From: Lepidodermella squamata
Taxonomy: Eukaryota > Animalia > Gastrotricha
Reading direction: 5' to 3'
DNA length: 64,000 bases
NCBI GenBank assembly: GCA_047495785.1
Contig: JBLDXI010000015.1
Coordinates: 186,001-250,000, forward strand
The position numbers and the translations under genes are program-made. The notes beneath the pieces are model-generated. The model searched no databases and was not told the origin of the DNA. It saw nothing but the letters and a program-made list of their open reading frames with translations. Of this stretch, positions 48,901 through 61,500 are shown piece after piece; the first letter of the stretch is position 1, and every line of letters begins with the position of its first letter.

Positions 48901-51900
48901 CATGAAATTGGTTACAGAGAAGTTCAAGGAAGTGCAAAAATCAAAATTTGTAAAATCCATATATACGAATTAACCCTTACCCTATAACCTTAGCCCTGAA
49001 CCCTAACCAAACCCTAAACCTAACCCTAACCCGAGCCCAGACACCTAACCCCAATTTGCAATCATCATTTGGTTAAAAAACACGATTTTATGCAAAGAAA
49101 TATGTACGAAAGGTAATTTGTCATAAATAAATATAAAATCTAGCTCAACTTTAACAAGAACAATTTTGAACGGCGGACACGCATTAGACTACGGGGTATA
49201 GCCGCCAAACACGAACAGATTCAAGTAACTGTTTCTCAACGTTTCATTGACATTCAATTGGCGTTATCGGCGAATATTTCGACTGTTAACTTGTTGACAT
49301 GAATGTTATTAAAATCTTACTCATCCAAGGGCATCCGTAGGCTTGCTCGATCTCTGACTGGTCCAAAGCACGCTTGTAAAACTGAACGCAAGCAATGCGA
49401 CCGCTCCACGAGCCGCGAATCTGGAAAAAGTACTGCTGGCGGAAAGCTTGGGCCGTAACGCAGCTGCTGTGCATGATGGTCCGATCGGACTTGTCGATGA
49501 CGATTCGAGTGGCGCCGCTGCGGCAGTCACTGATTAGCGCGAAAAAGAACCATTGGTCAACTGGGGCGGTCGACGTCGTGTTTGGCCACGGCCACGAGTT
49601 AGTCGCGTCGATGATGTAATCCGCCCGAATTAGGCGTGTGGTATTCATGATCGTCACGCCAAATTTAAACTGCCTGTAAGCGAGAAGGCACTTATCAAAA
49701 GCCTCGAAGCAAGGCCACAGGAAAGACTATACTTCTTAGTGTTTATTCCCCTGACTTACGCGTTGTTAGCTCGATTTCGTATCAAGGCAACATCAGCCGT
49801 CGTACTGTTCGGGTAGTAAACCCATGCCGCGTAAGTCCATCCGTTGTTTCTATCGAGCAGGTTGATATTTGTTGTTCGGACGAAAACAGCTCGATCCGAT
49901 CCTGGCCACTGCAAAGCACCGAGAGAACGGTTATCAATCCCAGCAGCGTAGGTCAAACTCGGCGGAATGATCGCGTGATTGCCATTGCTTGACAAATCAT
50001 CGCCTCCGCGCAGGTAGTCGAACAGCCACAGGCCATCAGGGTTCAGGGTGACTGCACCCGGTAGATAGGGTGTTACAATTTCCACCGATGTTATTGTTTT
50101 ACTAGAGCCGAAATCGATGGTTACGATTGGGGATGCTGAAGCTGCTGGATTGCCAATGATTCTTGCGCAGTTTTGCTGATGTTGTAGTCGAACAACTCGG
50201 GGCTGAGTAATCGAACTCGGACTCGCTAGAGATGAATCAAAGCTGGATGCTGTGACACCTAAATTCGATGCCATGTTGCGTATGTACACGGGAATTGCTG
50301 GGAAGCTCTTACAATTAGGTGATTTTTAACTAATGACTTTCAACTCACATTTACATCCCAAAAGTTCAACGCGGTAGCAAATTGCTGTCGAAAACGATAT
50401 AGGGATCACGTTGAAAAATTGAGCTACAACAGGGTTCGGGAACAAGATTGTCAAGGCCGCTTTTCCATTCGTATTTCCATCGAAGCCTCTGTTTTCAGCC
50501 AAATCGATCCAATTGTCACTAGCTAGGGCTTTGTATTGAAATGCGAACCCGGTTACCCATGCATTCAGCCGTTCGCAGCCTTGAATTTGAACAGCTCGAA
50601 TGATTGTTTGCTTCAACAGGTCGATCGTCAAACTGTTCTGATTACTCATTCCAGCCATGCCCCAGTTGAGCCGAGCGAAAAAGTTGCGAGCCATCGGATA
50701 TTGCGCAGCCAGTTGGCTGTCAGTTATGTCGCCGTTCTCGACGCCCAACGGCTCAAAGCAGTTGGCCATAGGGCAGCCGAGAAACGTTAACATGCCACAG
50801 CGGTAGTACAATGCAGTTCCGTTTTCGATGCTTATGGTCAGTCGGATGTAGCGCATCAGGATAGGCCGGTAAAATTGGAAAGTTGACACGCCAAATGGGG
50901 TTCCATGGAAAAACTAAACGTCAAAAAGAAAGCCGAATGATTTTTTCAAAATCTCAAATCAATTTTTAATTATTCAGAATAAATAAATATTGATACAATT
51001 CAAGAGGAGGTTTTGCACTTTTTGTAATTATTCTTATTACAAAATTAGCCATGTTTTACCACGGTATCAATAGCAGCGGAAATTCTGGCTAAAATACCGC
51101 TGGGAGAAATTTTGGATTATTTTGCCGTGCGAAAAGTTGGGTTTTTTTAGCCGGAAGATTTTCAAAGAAGCTTTGAAATAAGAAACAAGCTCAGTGAACT
51201 TCCGATTAATAATTCCCTTTAGAAAATGTCACGGTCTACCTTTTGTATACCACGACCAGACATCGTAGGCGTGTATGTAACATCATCTAGGCTATATTCA
51301 ACTCGAAACTGTTGGACGCAGTTTGCACCAGGGCACAGGTACTTGAATTGTGATAACCACGCGATTCGCTGCATGTCAATCTTTATCCAACTGCCGACTG
51401 GTGGGCTGTCCGCAAAGCAGCCCCGCAACCCGTGGGTAGAAGTCATCCGGCTGAAGTAAAACGGGTCCTTTGTCAACGTATAACCTGCGAAGGTCCAGGT
51501 CGCAATTGAGCTGTACGAGTAGCCAAGATCGCTTAAATAACTCGTGTCGTAGTCTAGATTTTCGATGGGGCAAGCTGGCGACGGGTCGCTCGCGAATTCT
51601 TTCAAGCATGTCGGTCGCGTCACTTCACGCCTGATCGCGTCGTAATACCAACTCGTCACGCATGAATTGCCATCGCTACACTGGCCCGATCTCGCGAACT
51701 GGCTCTTGCCATTTAGGGCGAATGCAGTATAGCCAGCCGTTTGGACTAACCTAGCGATGTTGGAGCCTTCCGGCGAAATGTTGTACAGAACGCATGTTTT
51801 CGAGCTCGTCTGAAATTGAGCGGCCTGGCAAGTCGAAGTAGCGCCACATGCGACAGCGCACACGGATTCTTCCGTAATTGAAGCGATCGAACTTGTAACA

Positions 51901-52034
51901 AGGTACGAGTTCAAGTTGGCCAGGCCACTAGATATAGTTGGAGCGATGGCGGAATTAGCATATCTCTGAAAGTAGGATCCTCCAATAACGAGACCCCAAC
52001 CCGTCCATAGAAGGATAAATCTAGCGAAAAGCAT
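42927..52034 (-). CDS. Secreted mosaic protein ~1741 aa: signal peptide, PAN/Apple, F5/8-type-C (discoidin) domains, LamG/pentraxin-like domains, C-terminal F-type-lectin-like domains
   Basis: Exons 52034-51240, 50913-50349, 50297-49760, 49673-49321, 48608-48488, 47085-46478, 45511-44891, 44841-44495, 44252-44114, 44065-42927 (5226 nt, phases consistent). Motifs CAVACGATSTCQAAQF...CVLY, PLGVENGDITDSQL, IATQGD, ARYIRIHP, WFQVDLG, FHCTPPLSGRYVSV. Confidence 0.85.
45660..46447. mobile_element. hAT-like MITE (CAGGG termini, degenerate 8-bp TSD)
   Basis: TIR CAGGGCTGCAAAACATGCAGA at both ends. Flanks AAATCCAT and AAATCAGT (6/8 match). Confidence 0.8.
47528..48265. mobile_element. MULE-type MITE, 9-bp TSD GCATGCTAT, related to the 31068 element, with an internal ~115-bp inverted duplication
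   Basis: TIR GCACA...GCCCGCCTAAGTTTCCTCCACGCGC. TSD at 47519-47527 and 48266-48274. 47880-47995 mirrors 48082-48197. Confidence 0.88.
48970..49052. repeat. Degenerate interstitial (CCCTAA)n telomere-like tract
   Basis: taacccttaccctataaccttagccctgaaccctaaccaaaccctaaacctaaccctaaccc. Confidence 0.7.
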
Positions 52035-52875
52035 GTTTTTTCAAGCAGAAAATCTGCTGTATTGTTTGCGAAATTCGAAACAGCAGTATATAGCGTTACC
52101 GCATTGCGAGAATTTAGCATGGTGTTAATGAGCCACAGAGTGAGAGATAAAAATCGAACCCAGCCATGTTTTTCAGCTCACTGCCTCGATGGAGAAGTCA
52201 CACTGATGCAGCAGACAGGCTAGAAATGATCACATCACATATGCGCTGATTAATTATGCAGAAATATCGGCCCAGCAAGCTTTCGCCGAATAATTATGTT
52301 GGAATGATTAGTTCGAACATATTTTTGCTTATTATGTATTAGGATGATCTCCAGTTGAAAGCTGTCTGTCTCACAGGCAAAAAATATACAGCCAACAATT
52401 TTTGAGGCCAACAAATCCTATTCGAAAATCTGAGACTTTTACAAATAAGTTTACAATTTACAATTTTACTGTTTAAACCGGATTCTCTAAACCGGACTGG
52501 CGGTATAAACTGGGCGGATTTTGGGGTCGGAGTTCGGTTTAGGCATGAAAAAGGCCAATTTTGTAGAGGATTTGGAGAAAATGCAGGCGCCTGCCTGGCA
52601 AGAGACACCTCGAAAAATTTTAATTTTCAATCGGCTAATCATCCCGGATCTAGCATCTAGGGTCCACGTAGTTCAATTATTTATATAGAAAGGTATGACT
52701 TCGAAGTTCGCAAAATGTGAAAATCGTGAATTTTACGTTATATTTTCCTGATACTTTCCAAGTCTAAACCGGAAAATTTTGACAACTTTCATTGTATATT
52801 TCGTGGAAACATAACAAGGCTTTATTTACATGGTGAGCAGCGTGGAAAGCAAGCCATAATCGCATATAGAATGTA

Positions 52876-53761
52876 CTAATTTTCGTGAACCATACGCAGC
52901 GAAGGGTTGTAGTTGTAAGCTTCTCGGTGGTACGAAGTTATTGAATCGTCGATGCCGCTGTAGCCGGACGGCGCCACGTGCCGTTTGTCGTAGAATGGAT
53001 TCTCGATGCCGACAAACTTCTTCTTTGGAACCATCTTCATGCCAGCATCCGGCTTTATCCTTACAAACAAAAATGCAGTTTATCAAAGTGGAACTGTAAG
53101 CTAGAAATAAGCCAACAATTTCGCCGTTCATTTCCGGAATGGTAAATGTTTTTTGAAAATATTGTTCTTAAAAAGGAACTGAAAGGATCGTAGAAAGACC
53201 CAGTGAGTGTGTGGTGAGCATCAAGTTCAAAGGTGAAAAGTTCAAGTTCAAACAAGTTCCCGCCAAATTGTTTTTGAGTTTTGGCTTTTCCAAGGTCTGC
53301 GACGTAGAAGGGATGCTAAAATGTTATGCTAACAAAAGTTCTCAGGGTTCATTTTGTTTTCTCTTTCAGCCAGTCATTGCCCCCGTGAGTTTTTATGACT
53401 TTTCAGAGTTTCAGAGTATTGTATTATCTTACTTGAGCTTGTAGCACACCGTCAGAGCGGCGATCCCAGCCAGAACAACGAAACCGACAATGCCGAAAGT
53501 GACGCCTAGAATGAGCGCAAGACCCGACCCGTCGTCATCTGGAGTAGTGCGCGTAGTCATCGTCACGGGGACGGACGTTGTCTCCACCACCACCACCGAT
53601 GAAGAGGTCGATGATGGCATTTCTGGCTCTGTAGTAGTCGAGCTTTGTATTTCCGGACTAGCTGTGGTGGTCTCGATCTCAACTGATGAAGTGTTCTGGC
53701 CTAGAGACTCTGATGACACGGCCAACAGCATGATCATAATGATCTGCACTCTGCTTGACAT
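52876..53761 (-). CDS. Small type-I membrane mucin-like protein (170 aa) with cytoplasmic NPxY motif
   Basis: Exons 53761-53433 and 53059-52876 (513 nt). Signal peptide, Ser/Thr-rich ectodomain, TM LALILGVTFGIVGFVVLAGIAALTVCY, tail with GIENPFYD. Confidence 0.85.
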
Positions 53762-56700
53762 GATTGTTTGTTGGCTGAGAGTGTAATGAAAATGATGATT
53801 GATGAAAGATGATAGTTGCTGCGTTATTATTTCTACTTACACGCCCAAAATAGCTACAAGTTGTGATATCTTATCTACGTTTCGAATAGTCGCGTGCTTG
53901 TGTTGTTTTTACCATACCACTTCATTTGTTTGAAACCTCATCATTATCTCCTGATTTTTTGGCTTTTGGCTCTCAACTCAACCAGAGATATGAGTCATAC
54001 GAGTTCAAGCCTACGTTATTAAATAAAAATGTCACGCCACTGAGAGGACAAGCCAAAACACGATGAGGACAGATTTGACAGATTAATCAATCACGAAAGA
54101 AAAATCAATCGATTTCTATCGTCGATAATCGATAACCGAGACTTTTGGCTCAATATTTTCGCATGATTACGCTGCTTCCGATTTTTCAACATTCAGCTTC
54201 CATCAGGACAGTTTCAAGAGCTCTTCTAAAGCTCATCAAATAGGCCGTGACGGGAAAGATCAATTTCGAGACCTCGCCGACTGAATGACGAGTGGCTAAT
54301 TCCAGAATTTATTGAAAATTTCCGCGTTATAAAAAAATGTTCTTCTTCATAAAGAGATCAAATAATTTTAAATATTTCAGAATTTTCAGAATTCTTTTAG
54401 AACGTTTCAATCGAATTTTGGAATTGAATTTTGAATTTTGAAAAAAGAGAGAATTGAAAATGTCAAGCTATAGTAAATCCGCGTTTGCCGTCAAGTATAT
54501 ATCTGTATATTCGCTACTGTACTATTAAATAGCCGGTGCAATAAATGTCCCACATGATAATATATATAGCCGCCTTTGTTGATCCTTCTACTATATTTTA
54601 TACACTATACGCGATTTTCTTCTCCGCCGTCTTCTTCCTCGCGATGACAATGGCGGCCGCGCGCATTGATGCGCATCGTTTAACAATCACCGCACACACG
54701 TTGGCCAATTTTTTTTCTTACTCTCTCTCATTAGCCGCCCTATTATTTACCTATTTGTTACTACGTGTGCCACATTATTGGATATTATTGCCAAATTCTG
54801 ATTAAATGCACATCTTATAATGACGTCGTTAAAACTATCTCTTGCCTCGGAATAAGCCTGAAATTGAACGCTAGAATTTTGTTCAAATTGCCCAAAACTA
54901 GGTTCAGCCTAAAGCTCTTTAAAATTTTACAGCAAATACAAAAATTCTACATTTTTCTAGAGCTGATACCGTTTCATCGACAAGATAATCAATGTTGAAT
55001 TTCAAACTGAAATCTTAAAAATCTTGAAAAATTCGAAACTCTGGCCTTGATCTGAATTTCTTATTTCTGGTAATTTCTTATTAGAAATATATGTGGAAGT
55101 TCGATAATGTCACTCCTTGAATATTTCACTGAGTTTCGTTTTAGGGATTGGTAGCAATTGGTTCCGTGGCAGATTAAGCTTCCCTCTCATTTTAAATTTT
55201 AAATTTTCGAAATTTCAGAGTTTGGAGTGAAAATCAGTACGCGGTTTGCCATTGCCGTATTCTGCGTATTATCTGTTTTCTAACTACTTGTAGAAATATG
55301 ACGAACTATGATTACCCCCCATTACAGCCTAATAGCGGCCGAACCGCACCGCAAAAGTGGCGGCGGCGGCGGCAGTGCGCAGTCAATTAGCGCGGCACAG
55401 CACCTGCCGCCGGCGAGTGCGCGCCTTGTAATAAACGACCGGTCGCGCGCAATGATACGCCGGGCCGGTTATTACCCCGTTAAAATGTCATCAAGCGCGG
55501 TTATTTCTTGCCCCTATCAAATACAAGAACGAACTAATAGCTGGTAAGAATGAATACTGGAACGAATAGGCACAGGCGCAGTTGCGATTTGTTTTTCGCC
55601 AGGTTTCTCTGGGAACTACAACTATTATAACTCAAAGGAACTTGGATGCCATCACTTACCTGTACCATCAGCCATTTGAAGGCTAATGATCGTTAGATTA
55701 CCCGAATCATCCCAGCAAAAATATCCTGTTATTCTCTTCTTTGCGATTACTCCTAAATTACTCCGTTTTTCTTTGTAGATATTTATCCTAGATTTTTAGC
55801 TATTCAATCTTTATTCTCGAATCATCAGCTAGTTATAAGTTATGGATTCTCTTTTTTGGAAAATTCCCAAATATCAGGTTATCCATTTTAATTTTTATTC
55901 TCTCGTCGTTATGTCTGGATCCAGTACTACTGAATTGAGGTTTACCTATAAATTTTTCGCTTTTTAGCCCATTCGGCTTTCTTTATCGATATTTATGCCC
56001 TAGAATTGCGTTACCCTAATTCCAGCCCCGGTTGTTAAAAAAACGGGGTCTGACTTCCAGACTGATGTTATCAGGAGAAATCAGGGATTTTTATAAAAAT
56101 CGATATCGGCTCTTCAGGCCGAACGATCATTAGGTATAATAGTGACGAAAAATCATCATAAATTTGCATAAATCTGTGTACCGATCCCTAGTTCAAGCCC
56201 CCATCGTCACGTTGAGACAGCGAATTTAAAATAATTAGTTAAAAATCGAAATGCATCCCCGAGGAGTAATGAAATTTGGCTATGCTTTTAAATATTCCCT
56301 GAAAGCAGTTTTTTCCTTATTTTTTTTCCCCAGCCGCGGTTTGAATGAAAGCACGCTTTGATGTTCCGATATCACAGTTAATTTCTGGTGTTTTCCTTTG
56401 ATAATGGTTTCCCGCAGTGTGGATAATGTGCCCGTGTTTCCGAGCCAAAACAAAACGCTGAAATATCACATTATTTAGAGCGTGTTAAACACCGCGATGA
56501 AATATGCGATGAAAACAGATAGTAGTAGTGATGCTGATGATGGGGGCGTGCTGCTGCTCCTCCTTCTCTTAATACTATAAGTAGGCCTGTTAATTATTGA
56601 TAAACACGCTGCTATCGGCTATTACCCTGTAATGATGACCAAAGTACCTAATAATATTTTCGCGCGCGTTATTGCGCACTCGACTGGGCGCACGCGCTCC

Positions 56701-57438
56701 TTGTTATCTGCTATCGCGCGCATCATCATCACCCTAGCCTAGCTTAGCTATAGTTATGTGATGGTATAATGTGCTCGGTTGGTTATATGGTAATAATGCT
56801 CTCCCATTTAATCAACTATGGTACCGCAACGTGGTCCGTGTGTTAACGCGCCTGAAACAACACCGCGAACCACGGACGATCGAGGGTGCGCACAAGGGTG
56901 TTCGCGCTGGCTCCATCACGTTTTCCGGTACTTAACACTAACAACATATTACCATGAATAACGTTATTTGTTACAATTTTTATACCAATTTTCCGAGTGG
57001 CTACAAATTACAAACTATAGCAATGCTTTCGAGCTGTTACTAGGTTATTAACCCGATTTTTAATTTTTTTAAATATTCTCCATATTTTTGGAATATTAGG
57101 TGCTACAATTTTCGAATTTTTGATTTTTTTTTAATTCGCGATTCATTTATTTACATGCAGGAACCTGATATGTTAGATAGGTAAAACCCTCTATCAAAAG
57201 GGTTATGCCTCGTAAAAAGTAAGAATTGAGCTATTTTGGGGGAAAAAAATTGAGATTTTTCATGTCCTGATGCAACCTTCGATTGGACACGGGTTCGATA
57301 TTTTAAGTCGGCGGATATCTACACTTCACACAAAACTCAGAATTCAGAAATTCTCACAATTTCTTACTGAGATTCCGGATAATTGTACACAATATTGCCG
57401 TTCTGAATGCATCTTGTTAATGGGATTAAAAAATTCTG

Positions 57439-57640
57439 AGAAATTCAGTCAAACCGGGCAGAATACCGAAAATTACCAAACCTGTTGCCATCGGGGTTTT
57501 CCGGGTTTACTCCGGTAAATTTTTTATTTCTTAGGTTAAATCGCAGATGTTCTCTCGGTAGGTATAATTCAAAAAAGATTTGTTCGAATTTCCTTAAAAA
57601 AATCGCCAAATCGAAAAAAGCTGCGCAACTGTGACACGCT
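57439..57640 (+). repeat. Dispersed repeat copy (same family as 40826 and 8880)
   Basis: Direct similarity to 40826-41060. Confidence 0.72.
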
Positions 57641-58570
57641 TTTATCTTTCAATTTTTGTTTTCGATTCTTTCGACGCGCTTCGACTTCAATTTACCCATG
57701 ATATGGAATCTCTCGCAATGAACAAAATCTGGCTTCACAATTACAACGTCTAGTGTTCAAGGTTCAGCTTTTTTGTTTTGCTGTGATCAAAAAATGTCCC
57801 CATACAAGCTATGCGCTTATAATGATATGCGATTCCACTGAACTGCGGCTCGTTCTCGCTTTGCTTTTTCGATTCAACCGTGACGAGCAACCGAGAGGTA
57901 GAAAACTATTGCAACCGTCGAAACTGTTATTTAATTTTAATTTTTGTAATTTTCATCATTTTTTTCCTTCTATGCCTTCCGTACCTATTAAAATTATTTT
58001 GGCTGCACGTGCCAAAGATTCTGAAATTTCGGAATTCATGATTCGGTATATTTTTAAGATACATATTTTACGAATCCGGAAAAAGCTTCATTTCCGTTTA
58101 TTTTCATTTTATTTCACCGGATTTGTCAGCATCCTGAATTTTCCGGAATTCTTGAGAATTTTCTAGTCGCCTGAAATCGCTTTTTAGATATTTCATGCGG
58201 ATCAAGATTGGCCACAATAATTGTAGAAAAATCACCAGTAAATTCAGCGCAACATTCTCTATAAGACAGAGTGTTAAATTCAGAATCCATGCTTCGCCTA
58301 AAATTCGTAGAATTATTCAAAAAATGCCATTTCGACTTTGGTTCCGCTACGGCATTTTTCTTTCTGATACAGAAAATTTGGTTCCACTAAAAGATATTCC
58401 GTTTCTCATATCACATTTTTAAAATCTGTGATTTTTTTCTAGGCATGTTAAGATTGAATATAGCCATGCCTCGGCTAGGCTCTTCTGGTCATCCATCCTA
58501 CGTCATCATCTGACCTGGACACTATTTCGCCCATCTCCGCCATTCAACTGTTAAAAATTCCACTAAAAAA

Positions 58571-61500
58571 ATGCTGAAATTCTCGGATTTACTCTGCATC
58601 ACCGCTCTCGTCACGCTTCACTGGTGCGTAGCAACACGAGCCTCGGACGGCCTGTTGGGCACTGTTCTGCCCGAGCAGCCGTCGAACTCACTACTCCTCG
58701 CCGCCACGTCGTCGAATGGCGAGGGCGACCACGGCGGGGCTGCTCCGGCGGGTGAGCAGGTGAACCTGGGCCCTGGGGTGCCGGCGAATTCGCCGCAGAG
58801 GTCGCAGAATCGCAACAAACTGCTCGTTGTTTCGTTCGATGGCTTCCGCCAGTTGTACCTGGCCAACAACCGGTTCATGCCCTGGTTTGCGTACCTTCGA
58901 TCGCAGGGTGTCTACTCCGATCTTATTCAGTCGATTTTTCCGAGCGAGACTTTTCCGAATCACTACGCAATCGTTACAGGCAGATACGCAGAGTAACAAA
59001 TTTTAAGACTATTTCTTTCAACTTTTGCTTAAATTCATAATTTAAATTCAAAATAGGTATCGGAAAATTTAGATTTTTTGTTCAAATTTATCAAATTAAA
59101 TTGAATTTTTGAAAATTTGAAAATTTAAAAAATCTATTTTTCCGATATTGAGTATTTCTATTGAAAATTGAAGTTCGAAAACTCTCATTCATCGATTTAT
59201 TTTTGAATTTTTTGAGATTTTTGAAATCGGTAAAAAATCGAAATTTGATTTTAATTTCAAAATGTTTTCTTGCGATTTTAGGTCTCATGGCATAGTGGCG
59301 AATGACATGTACGACCCGGCGACGGATGGCCATTTTACGATGGAATCAGCCGAGGCGTACTGGTGGAACCAGAGCGAGCCCATCTGGATCACGGCGCGGC
59401 GGCAGGGTGTCCGGACCGCTGTTTCGTACTGGCCAGGTTCAGCGGCTGTGTGGCAGCCGGGCGGTCTTACGGCCGACTACTACCGACCTGTCTACGATGC
59501 CAAAGTAAATGCAATTATATTCAGAAAACTTCGAAATTTGAAAAATGGGAACTTCTAAAACTTCAGTTTCCAGGTTCCAGGTTCAGGTTCCAGCAAAACA
59601 TTCTAGAACTAAATTCTAGAACTAAATTTTCTTGTAATTTGGGTGATAGCGCGGCTTAAGAAACTGGAATTAAGGAACTAGAAACTCAATAATTCCGGGG
59701 GAAAATAATTTTCCGTTTAGAATTCATTATGCTTCCCTATTGCAGGATCAAAGTCCACGTGGTCACGTGGTATGAATAGCTAGTTCTGAGGCGTTGTTTT
59801 TTTTCGTTGCTTCGTCGTTTCGTCGTTTCGTCACTTCGTCATCTTATACAAAAAACTGAAGGAAAGAAAAAAAATGGGGTAAAAGAAGGATTCGAACCCG
59901 GGACCACTGGGTTTTGACGCACAAGGCGAAACCACTGAGCAATAGTGCTGGGTCATGGTAGTCATCCTCGTTCGGTATTTTTATATACTAAACGAACGCT
60001 ACACTTAAGCGTTTTTTGCCGGTTGCAGATAGAAAGCCTCCTATTGTATAGTGGCTCAAATCCATGGTTCTGATCCTTAAGGTTCCGGGTTCAAATCCTC
60101 CTTTTACTCCCTTTTTTTCGTTTCGTAAGTTTTTTTTGTAAAAGATGACGAATTGACGAAACGACGAAACGACGAAGCAACGAAAAAAACAACGCCTCAG
60201 AACTAGCTATTCATACCACGTGACCACGTGGACTTTGATCCTGCAATACGGAAGCATAATGTTCTATAAAGCTTGGGGATTTTATATTGAATTTTTCGTA
60301 AATTGAAACGTTGAAAAATAAGGAAAATTTGGCTTGAATTTAAAGGTTATGATGATTTAAATGCATTTTCAGGTGCCTTATGAAACCCGAATCGACGAAG
60401 TGATACAGCATTTGGCTAAGGACGACGTTCAGCTGGGACTTCTCTACTACAACCGGCCCGATGTCGAGGGTCACTACAATGGCGTCGAATCGCAACAGGT
60501 TAACAACTTCAGTAAACTCTTTCAGTTTAGAAAATCGTTCAGTTTAGAGCAATCTGGATTCGAAACTTTTAGTTGAATATTAAAATTTTTTATTTCAAAC
60601 TATTCATTTTCCAATATTTTCTCGTAATTTTTCGCAAGGATTTTTAGTTTCAGCTGAAATATTTCAGAACACATAGGAACTTATTTATTTTTTCTTTCGA
60701 GGCAATTCGAAGTATAAACATTTTCATTTTTTTCCATTTTTTTCAAGTTTTTCAAATTTCGTTAAATTCCAAGTGAAAAATTATGTAGGTAGCGACAACT
60801 TTGCAACAAGTGGATTGGTACCTGAGTTACATCCTCGAATCGGCGAGGCGAGCCAACCTCGGCCCAGACACCCTCAATTTGATTGTCTGCGCCGACCACG
60901 GCATGGTGAACATCACAACGCAGCTGTACCTCGACTCCTACGTCGATTTGAACCTGATCGAACGCGTGCCGTCCTACGGCGCTGTTACGAACATTCAACC
61001 GAAAGCCGGCCAGCTCGACGCTGTGTTCAAGGCCTTGGAAACAGCCGCTAACGCTTCGAATGGACAATTTAGAGTGTTTAAAAAATCACAGGTAGAAAAT
61101 TCCGAATTTCTTCGATTTTGAACATATCGATAAATTTTACACTTTGACGACAGAGGAGAAACAAAAATTGAAAATTAAATTAAATTGAAAAGCAAAGGAG
61201 AAAAGTGAAAAAACAACATTTTTATTTTCAGAAGTTAGGAATTTAAATTTTTTGAAATTATTAAAGGTCGAGGCTATGTGCACCCCCTAAAAAAGGTACA
61301 ACTAAGTTGCTATGTGTACCCGGTGGGTACAATGAAGTTTCTAAGTGTACCCAGCGGGTGCAACCAAGTTGCTGTGTGCACCCATTTGAGGGTACATTAA
61401 AGTTGCTATGCGTACCCACTTCAGAAATCGTTTGAAAAATATCGAAAACGATCTAAAATTATCAGAAACGATCGTAATTAGCGATTAGGCAATTTTAGAA

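Noticed and set aside
48970-49052. Telomere-like tract as evidence of a chromosome fusion or breakage site
   Set aside because: Short, highly degenerate and intronic. Such tracts are common inside repeats.
54231-54252. Resemblance to miR-2/miR-13 family sequence (gctcatcaaa...gtga)
   Set aside because: The seed is mismatched and no complementary hairpin arm is nearby.
59877-60112. Two tRNA-like sequences as real tRNA genes
   Set aside because: A/B boxes are present, but the acceptor and anticodon stems do not pair convincingly, and both are embedded in a palindromic repeat.
61273-61417. Short palindromic repeats with variable spacers resembling a CRISPR array
   Set aside because: Spacers are only 3-8 nt, there are no cas genes, the context is a eukaryotic intron, and the repeats lie inside a TIR element with a 9-bp TSD.
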